Shown one piece after another: positions 1-12,634 of a stretch of DNA of 64,000 nt. This DNA is from Aegotheles albertisi. Taxonomy: Eukaryota. Below the pieces are notes generated by a model, which had not been told where the DNA came from, made no database searches, and saw only the letters and a list, made by a program, of their open reading frames with translations. A program made the position numbers and the translations under genes. Location of the stretch: the NCBI GenBank assembly GCA_039906565.1, contig CM078459.1, positions 18,723,066 through 18,787,065 of the forward strand. Direction: 5' to 3'. Within the stretch, counting starts at the first letter, position 1. Each line of letters starts with the position of its first letter.

Positions 1-294
1 TATTTATGGGTGCTTTATGAAACATTTTTTCCTGTACTATAGGTAGACATTTTGAATGTGTTTTTGCTTTTTTGCCTTCCCTTTCATACATTTAGCCTGC
101 TCTGAATGTAGCAGCAAACTAATACAGCGAATTCTGCAGATAATACCCTAACTATTAATGCAAGTAAATTTTTGTAATTCCCAGAAAAATTCCATATCTA
201 TTTATATGGACTTCCAGTTTTCAGATTCTGTCATTACAAAAGTCAGTGTCCAAATTCCTATTTACTGGGTGAATACTATATATGACTCAGCAGT

Positions 295-880
295 GTGGCC
301 AAAAAGGCCAGCAGCATCCTGGCTTTTGTCAGAAATAATATGGCCAGCAGGACTAGGGAAGTGATTGTTCCCCCGTACTTGGCACTGGTGAGGCCACACC
401 TCGAATACTGTGTTCAGTTCTGAGCCCCTCACTACCAGAAGGACATTGAGGTACTGGAGTGGGTCCAAAGAAGGACAACAAAGCTGGCGAAGGGTCTAGA
501 GCACAGGTCTTACGAGGAATGGCTGAGGGAACTGGGGTTGTTTAGTTTGGAGAAAGGAGGCTGAGGAGAGACTTTCTCACTCTCTACAACTACCTGAAAG
601 GAGGTTGGAGCAAGGTGGGTGCTGTTCTCTTGAGGAAATGGCCTCAAGTTGTGCCAGGGGAGGTTTAGATTGGATATTAGAAAAAAATTCTTCACTGAAA
701 GGGTTGTCAGGCACTGGCAGAGGCTGCCCAGGGAAGTGGTGGAGTCACCACCCCTGGAGGTGTTTAAAAGACGTGTCGATGTGGTGCTTGGGGACATGGT
801 TTAGTGGTGCACTTGGCAGTGCTAAGTTAATGATTAGACTTGATGGTCTTAAAGGTCTTTTCCCACCTGAATGGTTCAGT
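295..880 (+). mobile_element. CR1 LINE fragment (3' portion), sense on + strand
   Basis: Matches CR1 ORF2 C-terminal and 3'UTR consensus (..ctgcccagggaagtggtggagtcaccacccctggaggtgtttaaaag..); ORF-track ORFs 262-946 are CR1-derived. Confidence 0.8.
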
Positions 881-1380
881 GTAGAAGACAGCTGCAGTGA
901 TGATGTATTCCTGTTGGTCCCATTGGTTAAAATGCCCTCCTGTTAACATCTGCAGTCAAGTGTTTCCTATGCTTGCTTTTGCAGTGTTGCAAAATGATGT
1001 GAAGGATGATGACTCTGATTTATTTGACTTCTCTGCTACAGAAGTAAGTTGATCTGAAGCTTTCTGTTCAGTAGTCACTGTGGTGGTCTGAAATACTGAT
1101 ACTACAGGATCTTCTGCATTTTCATTGAAAGTGATTAAAGCAAGTTCAGGTCCCTTCTGAGATAAGGGCCTGCACTTCATAACCACCTGTTCCTCAGCAA
1201 GTCTTTGCTGGCATTTCTTGTTATGTAGTGCAACTGTGTAGTGTACCTCTGGTGTCCGAAGTCTAGTTTTAGGGAAGTTTAATTTACAGTTCTCATTAGT
1301 GCCCCATGTTGCCAGTTCCATTCCACCCTCTCATCTGCACATAATGCACAAGACAGCAACTGGTGTGTAGGTATGCCTTT

Positions 1381-1485
1381 AAAAAAACCCAAACAAAATG
1401 CCACCAAAACAAACTTTCCTTGTCAGCTCCCAACTAAGAGGACTTAATTTAAAAAAAAAAACAAACAAAAAAACAAAACAAAACA
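1381..1485. repeat. A-rich low-complexity tract (poly-A / (CAAAA)n-like)
   Basis: aaaaaaacccaaacaaaatgcc...aaaaaaaaaaacaaacaaaaaaacaaaacaaaacaac. Confidence 0.7.
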
Positions 1486-1547
1486 ACTTCACTTTGCATA
1501 GTAGTGTATAACTTAGAAATGCAATTCTGTCTCTGCATTTTTAAAAA

Positions 1548-1910
1548 AAGGAGGCTGAGGAGAGACCTTATTGCTCTCTGCAACTACCTGAAAGGAGGTT
1601 GTAGCGAGGTGAGTGTTGGTGTCTTCTTCCAAGTAACAAGTGATCAGACAAGAGGAAATGGCCTCAAGTTGTGCTAGAAGAGGTTTAGATTGGATATTAG
1701 GAAAAATTTCTTCATCAGAAAGGTTGCCAGGCACCGGAACAGGCTGTCCAGGAAAGTTGTTGAGTTGCCACCCCTGGAGGTATTTAAAAGACATGTAGAT
1801 GTGGTGCGTAGGGACATGGTTTAGTGGGGAACTTGGCAGTGTGCTAGGTCAATGGTTGGACTTCGTGATCTTAAAGGTCTTCTCCTACCTAAACAATTCA
1901 ATGATTCTAT
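1548..1910 (+). mobile_element. CR1 LINE 3' fragment
   Basis: Same subfamily as 295-880 (ctacaactacctgaaaggaggtt...ggcctcaagttgtgc...). Confidence 0.8.
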
Positions 1911-3670
1911 TATGTTAGAAGTTTTGCATAATAGTGGGAAAACCACACTATGAGCAAACAGGAAATCAGCATGTCTTTTAGTAGGAACACTTTTATTGTA
2001 AAGATAGACAGGTGGTTACAGAGCTTTGGCTTGGGAGCTGTTCTCTTTCTCATCTGGTTGCTCAATTCAACAGCACTAGCTTTGAAGCTTGGTCTGACTG
2101 AAATGAGGGCAGTGGGTGGATATTGAAGATGAAAACAGGCTTATTGAACATTTTTTACTGAGACTTGGATTTAACCCTGTGTTTGAACTTGCTTTACTTT
2201 CTCCCTCTGAATTTAGACCAAAACTGATCTTAAACTTGGGCTGTGTGGTGGCAACTCACAAAGGCTATCAAGGTAAACCTTTGTTAACTCAAATGGGGGT
2301 TTTTTCACGTGTTTAGATGCCAGACTGGGGGAAGACCTGACCAGGTAAGCATTTCCAGCTGCTTTTCTTGATCTGATTACTTTTTTTTGTTAATGTGTTC
2401 TTTAAACTTTACTAATGTGTTCTCAGTATGGATGTCTAGTACTGTGGGAACACAACTTGATTGACTTTTGACTACAAATAACATTTCATTGAAAGGCAAC
2501 AAGAACCAGATTGGTTTGGCTTGAAAATGCTTGGAACTGAAAGTTGTAAACACTGTGGTAGCTCCCAGGTGAAGGTTGAGAGGGAGAATAGAGAACTGCA
2601 GAAAAGCCAGGTTGTGGTAGGAAGGACTGTATCACTGAAGCGCTTCCTTCTGCCCACCCCGCTGCTGCTCCCATTGCACCTTCTGCTTAGATAACCAGTC
2701 ACAGCTGTGAAGATCAGATTCCAGCAGTGTTCTGGGGTATTGTCATATCTAAATTACATTAACTTGCTTATTCGTATAGTCTGTGTGACCTTGAAGGAAG
2801 TAATAAGGTGGGTGTCTTTCCCTCCACTGCTGTTGCTGTGGAGATTCACACTGATAGAAATGAGAATAGGCCCGGGTAATCCTTACACATCTGTTACACG
2901 ATGAATGTGTTCTGTACAGAGCTGTTCTGTCAGGGAGATATAGGAAATCTGTCTTCTGAGGTGGGTGCCTGTAATGTGCATCACTAACCTTGCCCAAAGT
3001 GAAACAGAAACTCAGAATTTAACGCATGGTTGCCAGTCTCTGCAGTGTTCTGCAAGTCCTCTCACAGTCCGTCAGAAACAACTGTGCACGGGAAGAACAA
3101 CACAGTGCTTCCTTTCTGTAGTTAGGCTGGTTTATGCAGACTGTTTTTGTGAGAGTCTTGACAGCTGTTTAGATCCATGTGTGCTTTGCAGAAGAGCAGG
3201 GATGAGTGATCATACAGCAGAATTTTAAGAGCCTTCCTAACAGGTTGTTGGTGGATGGTTTTTCTATAGTGTGTCACATATTCTAAAGATTTTAACAGTC
3301 TAATCAATATCTGATGGGATATGTAAGGGAAAATATTTGGGCAACAAATGAAAAATGAATCCTGGAATGTTAATAGTCATGCATGTTACTCGTACTGAGG
3401 ATATGAATTGCTATCACCTACTAAGGTTTTGTTCGACTTTGCCAAAATTGTCAAAAATAGTTGCTGAAGGTGAATTTTAAGATGATCTTAGTAGAAAGAA
3501 AGCTTACTGAAAAATGAGGTGTCTGTAGATTATCACAGTGTGAATTCTATTGTTTTAAAAATAGGTATGTATATGTATTTAATGACAGACTTTGAAATAC
3601 TCAAATCTTCTCTAAATTATTTGTGGGAAGTTAAAATGTGTAGGTTTTTCCTTAAGGTTTTGTTTTGCAG

Positions 3671-3770
3671 GCCCTTCAGTCACAATACTGAAGAGAAGAA
3701 TGTTCAGCACCCAGTTTCTTCAAATGGTGGGCTGAGGAATAAACCAGCTTTAGCTCTGTCAGCAAACACG
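3671..3770 (+). CDS. RNF17: candidate RNF17 exon (low-complexity linker, ...PFSHNTEEKNVQHPVSSNGGLRNKPALALSANT)
   Basis: Acceptor tgttttgcag|g with pyrimidine tract, donor acg|gtgtgt; open frame; phase compatible with next exon (enters phase 2, exits 0). No recognisable motif. Confidence 0.35.
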
Positions 3771-3885
3771 GTGTGTTAATACGGAATTTCCTTACATTCT
3801 CACTTGTTATTTTTGTATATGCATAGTAAATACTGCACTTCTAAAACCAGAAGAGTTTGCAGTTGTAATAGAACGCTTTATAGAA

Positions 3886-4035
3886 TCATAGAATTGTTTG
3901 GGTTGGAAGGGATTTTAAAGGCCGTCTAGTTCCAATCCCCCCCATGGGCAGGGACAGCTCACACTAGACCAGGTTGCTCAAAGCCCCATCCAGCCTGGCC
4001 TTGAACACCTCCAGAGAGTTGGTCAAACATCAATC
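3886..4035 (-). mobile_element. CR1 3'-end fragment, minus orientation
   Basis: Reverse complement of the CR1 terminus (catagaat.gtttgggttggaagggat...agaccaggttgctca). Confidence 0.75.
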
Positions 4036-5891
4036 AGAGATGATTCTATGAAGCATTCTATTAAGTTTTCTAACCTAATCTTCCTGAATGAGGTTGGTGA
4101 TTTCTAGGCCAGGTGAACTAATGTTGCAAATATTTTAAAATGACAGAATAAAACAGAAAGTAAAGATACATCCTGTGCCAATCCTGTTTTCTTCTATAGA
4201 GATTGTCCTGTACAGTTACCTTGAAAGAACTGTAACTTGAAAATGCCTGTCTTGGCTTCTTAGGTAGTTTGTTATAGGACCCATTGAAGTGCAAAAATTG
4301 TTTTCTTTTCTGAACATTTTTTTTAAAAGGCTATTTGAAATAAAGTCATACTGTGTTATCTTAAACTTTAATATATTAACTTGACAAAATATTTCAGGAA
4401 ATAAACTAAGGTTATCTTTGAAGTATCTTGAGCTTGAGGTCATAAGTAATATTTTGGTGGTAGTCACCTCTTCTGTTGACAGAATATTTTTGGTTTCTGG
4501 AGAAAGTTTTTTAAGAATGAGCTCATGTGAAAACCAGCATTTATTGATATTCTAGTCTAACTGCTACTTTTGTTAAGTTCTTTTCAGACTCCTTTATTTT
4601 GTGGTTTATAATGACTAAATCTTTGGCACTATTGCTTCCTACATCACTGAATGAGTATATCCGTATCTTGGGTTTTGGAGATATTTTTATTACTGTACCA
4701 TTGATGATAATGAGAACCACATATCAGGGAGGGAGGGAGCAGTGTAATTCCATGACATTTTTACCTATTATGTCTCCTTGCATCTGCTTGAAATAGAGTA
4801 GAAATAGTTGTCATGGAGAAGTATTCCCAATAGAGTTAACATTCAAGTTGCTACAGGGGCAGGTATTCTTCCCTTTTCCTGCTCCTAGGAAGGAGGCGTA
4901 GTTGGTCCAAGATGTTCAGATATATTAATTGGAAAGTTGTTCTAGAGATGAAGGTGACAACAGACATCTTTAATAAACTCTATAAACATGTGTGTGACTA
5001 ACAGGTCTCTCCCAGACTGTGGAGAGCACTTCTTTTTACTTATACCAGTGTCTGGCCAGAGGCGAAAATATTTCGGATTTTTCAACACTAAGCTTTAATT
5101 TCTTTCTAGTTTGTGTTTGTTCTCCTCAATGCTAGAGAGAAACCCTTTAGATTGGAGATGTTTGCATGTTAATTAAGTTGCCTTTTGTCAAGATGAACCG
5201 ATTGCTTAGTAGTGACAGACTTACGCAGCACCATCCCTGACTTTTTGGGGCATCCCCAGCTGATGATGATCTTGTTTTGCTTTTAGCAAAATTCCAGCAC
5301 TCTAACCAGTACTCTTAACACTAGCTTTAGTAGTGCCAGTGACAAAATCAGACATTTCTGTGTGTATATTTGCTTCTGTGCAGATCCATACACAAGTATT
5401 TTATTGTCTTTTCTTGCATCAGCATAACACTGGGAGCTTGCTACATTTTAAACTTTTGTTGGTTTTCCAACGATATCATTTTCCCCAAATGATACTCCTA
5501 AATATTTTACTTTTATCTAGGTTGCAGTATTCCCATTCTTCAACCTTGCGTATTTTCTTTCCTCTGTGTTAGTAACTTTATTTTGCTTTTCCTTCATGTA
5601 CTGTTTTGGGGGGATTTTTGTGTGTTTGTGTGCAAATAAATTGCATGTATTTAACAAATAAAAAATTTAGAATCCATGTTTCAAAAATTAGACTACAGTG
5701 TAAATGTTCACAGCCCAGTTCAGGTGAGCCAAGTATTTTGGGCCTGTTTGCAGCTACAGAGCTGCTCAGAGCCTTACGCAGGTGATCACTCATTTAAAGT
5801 GCCTCTTTGTAAAAATGGCAAATTAGCATAGCCTGTCTTTTTTTTTTTTCATACCAGCAACTTTTATATTCATTGGCAAATCTTTCCTCAG

Positions 5892-5972
5892 GACAGCGAA
5901 ACTATGGAAGATATTGATGAAACTTTGTGCATGGCTATTTGTAATCTCGGCTACTTATATGATGCAGAACAG
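5892..5972 (+). CDS. RNF17: RNF17 exon (DSETMEDIDETLCMAICNLGYLYDAEQ)
   Basis: ttcctcag|gac acceptor, cag|gtgggt donor, 81 nt, phase 0-0, chains in frame to downstream exons. Confidence 0.45.
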
Positions 5973-7242
5973 GTGGGTGACAATATGAAATACTAAATTC
6001 TATCCTTGATTGAAGCTTTTTGTTATGAGTAGTTGCATATTAATGTGTTATTTGAACATGCTTTTACTGCCTTAGTTTTGTCAGTGCTTCTGTCTTTCAA
6101 CTGATTGTGCTATTTCAGTGAATATACAGCTTTAAACCCAGGCTATAGACTACAGACTACAGAATTAATCTGTGAAGGAGTACATGAGCCTGTACCTAAA
6201 GTTACTAGGTCAATTCATATATTTAGCAGAACCATATATAAGACAGTCTTTAAGTACTAAGCTTGTGTTTACTTGGATCATCATTTGTCTTTGCTTCAGC
6301 AACTATGCTACCTTTGTCGTTCTCACGTGCCTTTTCCTGGATTTAAAGGTGGAAAAGAAATTATCTGGGCAACAGAAGTAACAATTTTAACAGACACAAT
6401 ATGCAAAATAAGTAAATCAAGCAATGCTTTTTTATGCACATTATGAAATACAGGAAGAATCCTAATGTACTGGATGATGCTGTTAATAGGTTTTACTGAA
6501 TAACCTATGAACTTCGTCAGTGATGATTATGCTTGAAGCCTGTTTTCCATGCCCTTCTAACTCGTTGAAGTGGCCGATCTGTCAGTTAAGCAAAGTTACG
6601 TTAAATACCTAATTCATGTACTAACAGCGTCTTGTAAAAACTTACCATTTCAGCAGCTCTAGTACAATAACTCACGCGTACAGCTTTGGTCTTCCAACAG
6701 CTTTTCAACGAAGACTGAGAACCGTCAAAGAAGTGTTGCGTTACTGAGATTATTTTTAATAGCCTCTTCATTAAATGTAACTGTAGCGACAAAACTGAGG
6801 CTCAGCCAGAAGAAGAGTCTTCTTTTTTTTTCCTTTATGCTCACAATGTACGAGTTATCTGTGTATGGTGCTATATTGGAATTTAAAGTAAGGAGGGTGA
6901 GACAGTGGGCCCAAGATCTGTGTTTCTTGCCTCACAGATGTAAAAACTTCAGTTGGCACAAGGATCCAGACAGTGTGAGCTGACTAGAAGTTGGAGAAAT
7001 CAAAGGGATTAAGGAGCTACAATTTTTCCTCCATTGTATTATGTAGTCATCCTCTGGTTTGTTTTTTTATTTTTTTATTTTTTTTTTATGCCAACCACAG
7101 TGTGATTTAGTGTCACTTTCTGCTGGCATATTGATCTTTCACTGTTCATTGCTTGTGTTCTGAAGAAGTAATGTGAGAATAATGAAACAATAATGAGTAA
7201 TGAAATAATAAATGCATGTTTATTCAATACTGAATTAAATAG

Positions 7243-7343
7243 ATGCTGAACTACTTGGAATTGAAAGTGAAGCAGGAAGGAGATGGAGTTGCAGAAATTG
7301 TAGATGGAACGTTTGATGAACTTATTACTTCTCTCCAGTCAAG
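7243..7343 (+). CDS. RNF17: RNF17 exon (MLNYLELKVKQEGDGVAEIVDGTFDELITSLQS-)
   Basis: aaatag|atg acceptor (weak pyrimidine tract), ag|gtagta donor; 101 nt, phase 0->2; joins next exon to give ...LQSRKKKLCAEL... Confidence 0.45.
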
Positions 7344-8026
7344 GTAGTAATCTGGTTTGTAGGATGGCAGGGGTGAGTTGTTTTTGTCAGAAGTTGTTTC
7401 TAATTTAAATAAAAGAATTCTAAATAAAATGTCAGTCTTCATAACAGTATTTCTTAATGATTCTCTATTTTTTTGCAATATTTTTGCCCTTTCACAGTGT
7501 CAACTTGGAGCTGGTTTACGTGGCTGGAAAACACTAGCTTAAGCAGCCTCTGCTCTTTTAAAAGAGGGAAGAAAAATATAATAGTCTTAGTTTTCTGAAA
7601 TAGTTCTGAAGGTGTTTTGATACTGACACTAGTGGATGATCAGGTTAACAGCAAAAATAACTTCCTAAAAAAATTCACTTTCTGCAGATTTTCAAGCTGA
7701 TAGAAGCCCAAGGGTGCTTTATTTCTTCATTTTCAGAAATATTTGTATCTTCAGATGTAGGAGGCAGGAGGTGTCAAAGCTTAGGATATCAGAAGAGCCT
7801 CTGAGAGGGGGACTTGTCTTAATAGACTGAATTGTAAAATCGAACTGTTTAGTTTTGAGTTGGATGTGTGTGGAAATATAAGGAGGCTGGAATGGAAGGG
7901 TGCTCTAACCATTTATTAAAAAAACTTTGTATTGTGGTATAACTGGCAATTGTGTGTTACAGTTAAAGTTTGAATTTGTACGGCTGAGTGCTTAGTAAAT
8001 TTAGAAAAGTAATGTTTTTAATACAG

Positions 8027-8198
8027 GAAAAAGAAATTGTGTGCAGAATTAGTGAAGAACATCGACAGCTACAGTGCTGATATTGCAAAAGCTAAGGAAG
8101 TCATTGAAGAGAAGAAAAACTGCTTGATTGGTGCCATTAGAATTGCAAAGGAATTAAAAATTGCACCTTCTGTAAGAACCTATTGTGATCTCGCTCAG
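8027..8198 (+). CDS. RNF17: RNF17 exon (KKKLCAELVKNIDSYSADIAKAKEVIEEKKNCLIGAIRIAKELKIAPSVRTYCDLAQ)
   Basis: tacag|g acceptor, cag|gtagtt donor; matches ORF-track frame 8037..; coiled-coil-like region; 'APS.RTYCDL' motif fits my recollection of mammalian RNF17. Confidence 0.6.
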
Positions 8199-8715
8199 GT
8201 AGTTACATTCTTGCACTGTGCAATAATTTATTTGTAATTCATTCAAATTTGGATTGAAAGTTTCTGTGATCTGTTTTTTTTCGCTGACTTCAATATTGAG
8301 ATTTCTGCATTAATTTATTCTTAACCCACCTCTGTGCACACTCATCCAGTTTATATTTGGTCTTTGTCACAAATTGGGTTCTGGTGAGTGACTTGAAACA
8401 AGAAAGATGGTCCTTGGTTGAAGAGCTTGCTATCTGAAATGGCAAATGGAAGGGGAGAACAGGAAAACTGTGATACAGTACTGATCAGTGGAAGGGCAGT
8501 GTTTTCAGCGCTTTAGAAGTCTTTCAAGCCTTACCTAGTCCAGAGCTTTCCAGCCTTCTCACTGAACTACTACATCTCAGTAGCTGTTCATACAAAAGGA
8601 AAATCTAACTCCTGCTTCTGTTTACATGCTAACATTACAAAATCCCCAACCATTAGGTCTTGGCAATCTAAGAAGACATAATTGAGAATTGGCTGTTAAT
8701 GAGTGGACTCTTGTG

Positions 8716-8740
8716 TGTGTGTGTGTTTGTTTGTTTTTTT
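8716..8740. repeat. (GT)n / (GTTT)n microsatellite
   Basis: gtgtgtgtgtgtgtgtttgtttgtttttttat read directly. Confidence 0.8.
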
Positions 8741-8848
8741 ATAAAATTAAAGGTGCCATACTCTGGCTTTGTCACATTGTAGATAATAGGTGCCTGTATA
8801 ATCTACTTTGTGTATAATAGAAGCTAAGACTGTACTTTTTGATTTCAG

Positions 8849-8925
8849 GTTATGTATAATTTAAAGTTGCCGGTTGAGTCTGAGCTCTCAAGAGTGAATA
8901 GTTTGAAGGAAGAAATACCCCCAAG
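8849..8925 (+). CDS. RNF17: RNF17 exon (VMYNLKLPVESELSRVNSLKEEIPP-)
   Basis: gatttcag|gtt acceptor, aag|gtaaat donor; 77 nt; phase 0->2. Confidence 0.5.
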
Positions 8926-9639
8926 GTAAATGACTGGAGGGGGAGGTGTATTGGGAAGTAAACGGGTGCACTGGTTATCTTAATTGCAAAAACTGTTCAT
9001 ATAGCAGTTAAACAGCAGAAATCAAGCTGTTTCACTGAAAAACTACTAGTTCAGATGTATATAAGCTTAGCAGTAACAATGCACAGTAGCCTTCATTTGA
9101 GAGCACAGGGAAAAAACACAATTTGCTGGTGTCTAAACAAATATATATGCATTTTAAAAATTGTCAGACTCTGCCACTTTTAAACTTCCTCTCCTTCCCT
9201 CATAAGTAGAAATAAATTAAGGAAATTTTTTTTTAAGAAAGCTGAATCTATTTCTCACCTTCAGGAAACACTTAAATGCTTTTTGGGACACTGATGGCTA
9301 AGAAGAAATTTGTGGAAAATCCCATTTACTGTGTTGCTCTCATTGGAGTTGAAAAATATGATTTCTGTACCAGAAGTGAGCAAGAATATGTGTTGTGGCT
9401 GTGGTGCAGCTGACCCTGTGCAGCTTGGTCATAAGGCTGGTCAGTACTGTAATCCTAGTGTATAAAAGCCACGTTCAGGAAAAATGAAGGAGATACAGAA
9501 TGAAGGTGGTGTTAGGTTGGAACATCTAGGGGATCCCATTATATTTCAGGCCATGAAACCGCTCTGGGCTGGTTGTGTGCCATCAGATTCTGACTGGCAG
9601 AGAGAAATGAAGCTCAAAGTTGGTTACTTGTATGCAACA

Positions 9640-10215
9640 TGTGAAAAAATTGGGACGGAATCAGGGTTGGAAAAGACGCTTAAGATCTTTGAGCCCAACC
9701 ATTCACCTAACACTGAATTCTACAACTAAACTGTCGCTAAATGCCACGACTACATGTCTTTTAAATCACAGATTCATAGAGTGGTTTGGGTTGGAAGGGA
9801 TCTTTAAGGGTCATCTAGTCCAACACCCCTGCAGTGAGCAGGGACATCTTCAACTAGATCAGGTTGCTCAGAGCCCCATCCAACCTGACCTTGAATGATT
9901 TGAGGGATGGGGCATCTACCACCTCTCTGGGCAACCTGTGATAGTGTTTCACCACCCTCATTATAAAATATTTCTTCCTTACATCTAGTCTGAATCTACC
10001 CTCCTTTAATTTAAAACCATTGCCCCTTGTCCTGTCACTACAGACCGTATTAAAAAGTCTGTCCCCATCTTTATAAGCCCCCTTTAAGTATTGAAATGCT
10101 GCAATAAGGTCTCCCCAGAACCTTCTCTTCTCCAGGCTGAACAACCCCAACTCAGCCAAATGCCTTCAGAGATGGTGACTCCACCACTTCCCTGGGCAGC
10201 CTGTTCCAATGCTTG
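9640..10215 (-). mobile_element. Two adjacent CR1 3'-end fragments, minus orientation
   Basis: 9640-9750 is the reverse complement of a 'gttggact.gatgatcttaaaggtcttttccaacc'-type terminus; 9770-10215 is the reverse complement of a 'cactggaacaggctgcccag...' terminus plus upstream ORF2 tail. Confidence 0.75.
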
Positions 10216-11191
10216 GCAAAGAAATTAGGACTCCTGTCATATGTTAGTTGATCATTCGAATATAGACAAAGGAATCTTTAAAACATTTTAGTAAACTTGG
10301 TAGGTAGGGCCTATTTTGATAATGTCAGTGCTGAATGAGAATTTCAGAACAGCCTATTTAAATGCACAATGACAAACTGTCCCAACCTAAAAGAAAGATA
10401 AAATATGACAAAATCAAGTTTGTTTGCATTGGAAGACCTTTTAAGAGCTTGAACAAGACAGGGGAAAGGATATCTGATGAAGGTTGGATATAAAGGCCTC
10501 ACATGTTGGTGGCACTACAAAACAACGCCAAAGGTGAAAAAATTACAAGTAGGAGGTGTGTAGGAATTGAGGCACGTTCTGTAGATCTGGAATACTGTAT
10601 AATGAAGGGCAAATACGTTCCTGAAGGAGTGGGAGAGAGAAGAAAGGATAGGGTGTTCAATACTGCTTACACTTCAGTTTTCACTGTAACTGCACAGCAA
10701 AGCTAAGGATTTGATTAAATGACGTTATGTTTACAGTTCTGTTAACCTAACTGCTAGCTTTCATTGGGAAAGGAAACAGCTGTTTATTAGTGTTACAATA
10801 ACAATAACAAAAAAAACCCCATGCATTTAAGACTTCAGTTATGGTTTTATTCTTCAGGACTGTTGGAGAATTCTTTTTCTCCGTGTAGAGTAATGGAACT
10901 AAACTGGATATAGGTGTGATAACTCGGTAAGTGAATGTTGGAGTACTTGGTGCATGAAAGAGAGAAAGCTAAAGGTCAGAGCATTTTTAAGTAGGAATGT
11001 GAAGATAAATGAGCAACCAGATCTGTTGTTAATAGGAATGGAAGAAGGAAGCTGGAATAGATAATTAATTAGTCTCTTATTTTACCCCTCCATGAATGAA
11101 TATTGTGCTGAAAGTTACTGTACATCTCAAACTGTCAGAGTGATTTAGGTATTGATGTCACTTTCTGTAATGTTTCTTCTCTTCTCTTGAG

Positions 11192-11266
11192 ATTCTTCCT
11201 AAACACTGATGAGATTACATCTTTGATAAAACATCTGGGCAAGATTGAATGGGGAACAACAGGACA
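11192..11266 (+). CDS. RNF17: RNF17 exon (-FFLNTDEITSLIKHLGKIEWGTTG-)
   Basis: ctcttgag|a acceptor, ca|gtaagt consensus donor; phase 2->2 consistent with neighbours. Confidence 0.5.
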
Positions 11267-11577
11267 GTAAGTATTTTTTTAAATAGATAGATACTGTAAC
11301 TTACCTGTTTTTTTCTGTGGTTAAATATTTATTGGAGATTAAATTTAAAAGTAAAATAAATTTGTATGTGCTTATGAGTTTCTAAGTGTATAATGAAACA
11401 AAACAAAACTTCTGATGCTGGTATTTCAGTCAGCATTCCAGTTAATCTAGTTAGTGTTTCAGTTCTGATATTCAGCTTTACTTGTATTTCACCCAGCTAT
11501 ATTTCACCATATCACTGAAGCTATCAAGATTTTTATGCTGTGTGTTTTTTCAGTTTTGGCTGGCGTTTAATGATATA

Positions 11578-11700
11578 ATCCTAGAATCGTAGAATCATTT
11601 AGGTTGGAAAAGACCTTTTAATTTTAAGATCATCGAGTCCAACTATAAAGCTAACACTGCCAAGTCTACCACTAAACCATGTCTCTAAGCACCACGTGTA
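11578..11700 (-). mobile_element. CR1 3'-end fragment, minus orientation
   Basis: tagaatcgtagaatcatttaggttggaaaagacc... is the reverse complement of the CR1 terminus including the 8-bp terminal repeat. Confidence 0.7.
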
Positions 11701-12320
11701 CACATTCATAGGTCATGTAATAGAAAGGTTTTATAATTTCAGCATGTGACTATTACTTCATATAAGTGTAAATACATCTCTAAAATCAACAGCAAATACT
11801 GAAATTTATGGTATTTCCACTTCACAGTCTAAATACTGGTTCTGTCAAATACCAAAAGAAGTTACTTAAAATTAACTTGAACCAGAAAAAAAAAATTAAG
11901 TTACAATTGCTTTTGTTTTGATAGTTCTCATTATTTAATTTTTCCCGCAGTCTTTGACAGAAACTTGAGAAAATGGAATGCAGTTGCTGTTAGGGCCATT
12001 TTAGTTAGCAGTGGTTTTGTTTTTAACATGAACTATGTATCACATTATTAACATTTTTTCCAAATAGTTTGGATCTGAACCTGTGGTGTCTGATCACTTA
12101 AGCAGGGGTAGCTCTTGTACTGAGCTGTGCCCAAGAATATGTGCCATTTCTGTGCCAATCCTTTGTAGGTTTCAGAAATCATGTTATTGTGTTTGTTGGT
12201 TTGGTATTCAAAAATGTAACAGTTTATTTCAACCAGCTCTTACGAAGTGTTTTCTTAACATAGTGGTATGTTATTAATAAAATTACCTCTGCTTTGACTT
12301 GGATGCTTTTCTGAAAACAG

Positions 12321-12634
12321 ATTGGGTTACATTAATTCATCTCCAAATAAATATTTTCCCAAATATAGTGAAGATAATGGACAGCACACTCTTATCCTTG
12401 ATGATAAAGAGAAAATTCCAGGCTGCAATACTCTATCATCCATAGAGAAGATATCTACAGCACTTAGCAGAAAAAGTGAAATAAAAACTCTTGCAAATAA
12501 ACTCGGTATTCACAAAGAAGTGAAAAATACTCAACCATTTCCGATGATACATCATCAGAGTATTCCTGCTCTACCCAAGTCTCAATCCAGCCCTGATGTC
12601 ATAATAGAAGAAATATTTGAAGATCACCTAGAAA
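12321..12634 (+). CDS. RNF17: RNF17 large linker exon (QLGYINSSPNKYFPKYSEDNGQ...KSQSSPDVIIEEIFEDHLE-)
   Basis: aaaacag|a acceptor; gaaa|gtaagc donor before in-frame stop; coincides with 110-aa ORF 12322..12654; 'SSPDVIIEEI' resembles a conserved RNF17 segment. Confidence 0.65.

Noticed and set aside
262-946. ORF-track ORFs 262..468(-), 510..797(-), 605..946(+) and similar at 1513..1794, 9854..10159, 36017..36205, 39843..40235, 40108..40550, 42320..42566, 43041..43248, 44676..45055, 60754..61096
   Set aside because: All lie inside CR1 fragments and are sense or antisense readings of CR1 ORF2/3'UTR, not host genes.
2116-2316. 66-aa + ORF (MDIEDENRLIEHFLLRLGFNPVFELALLSPSEFRPKLILNLGCVVATHKGYQG) ending at a gtaaac donor
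   Set aside because: No convincing acceptor or phase link to the RNF17 chain and no recognisable motif; kept only as a possible upstream RNF17 exon to test.
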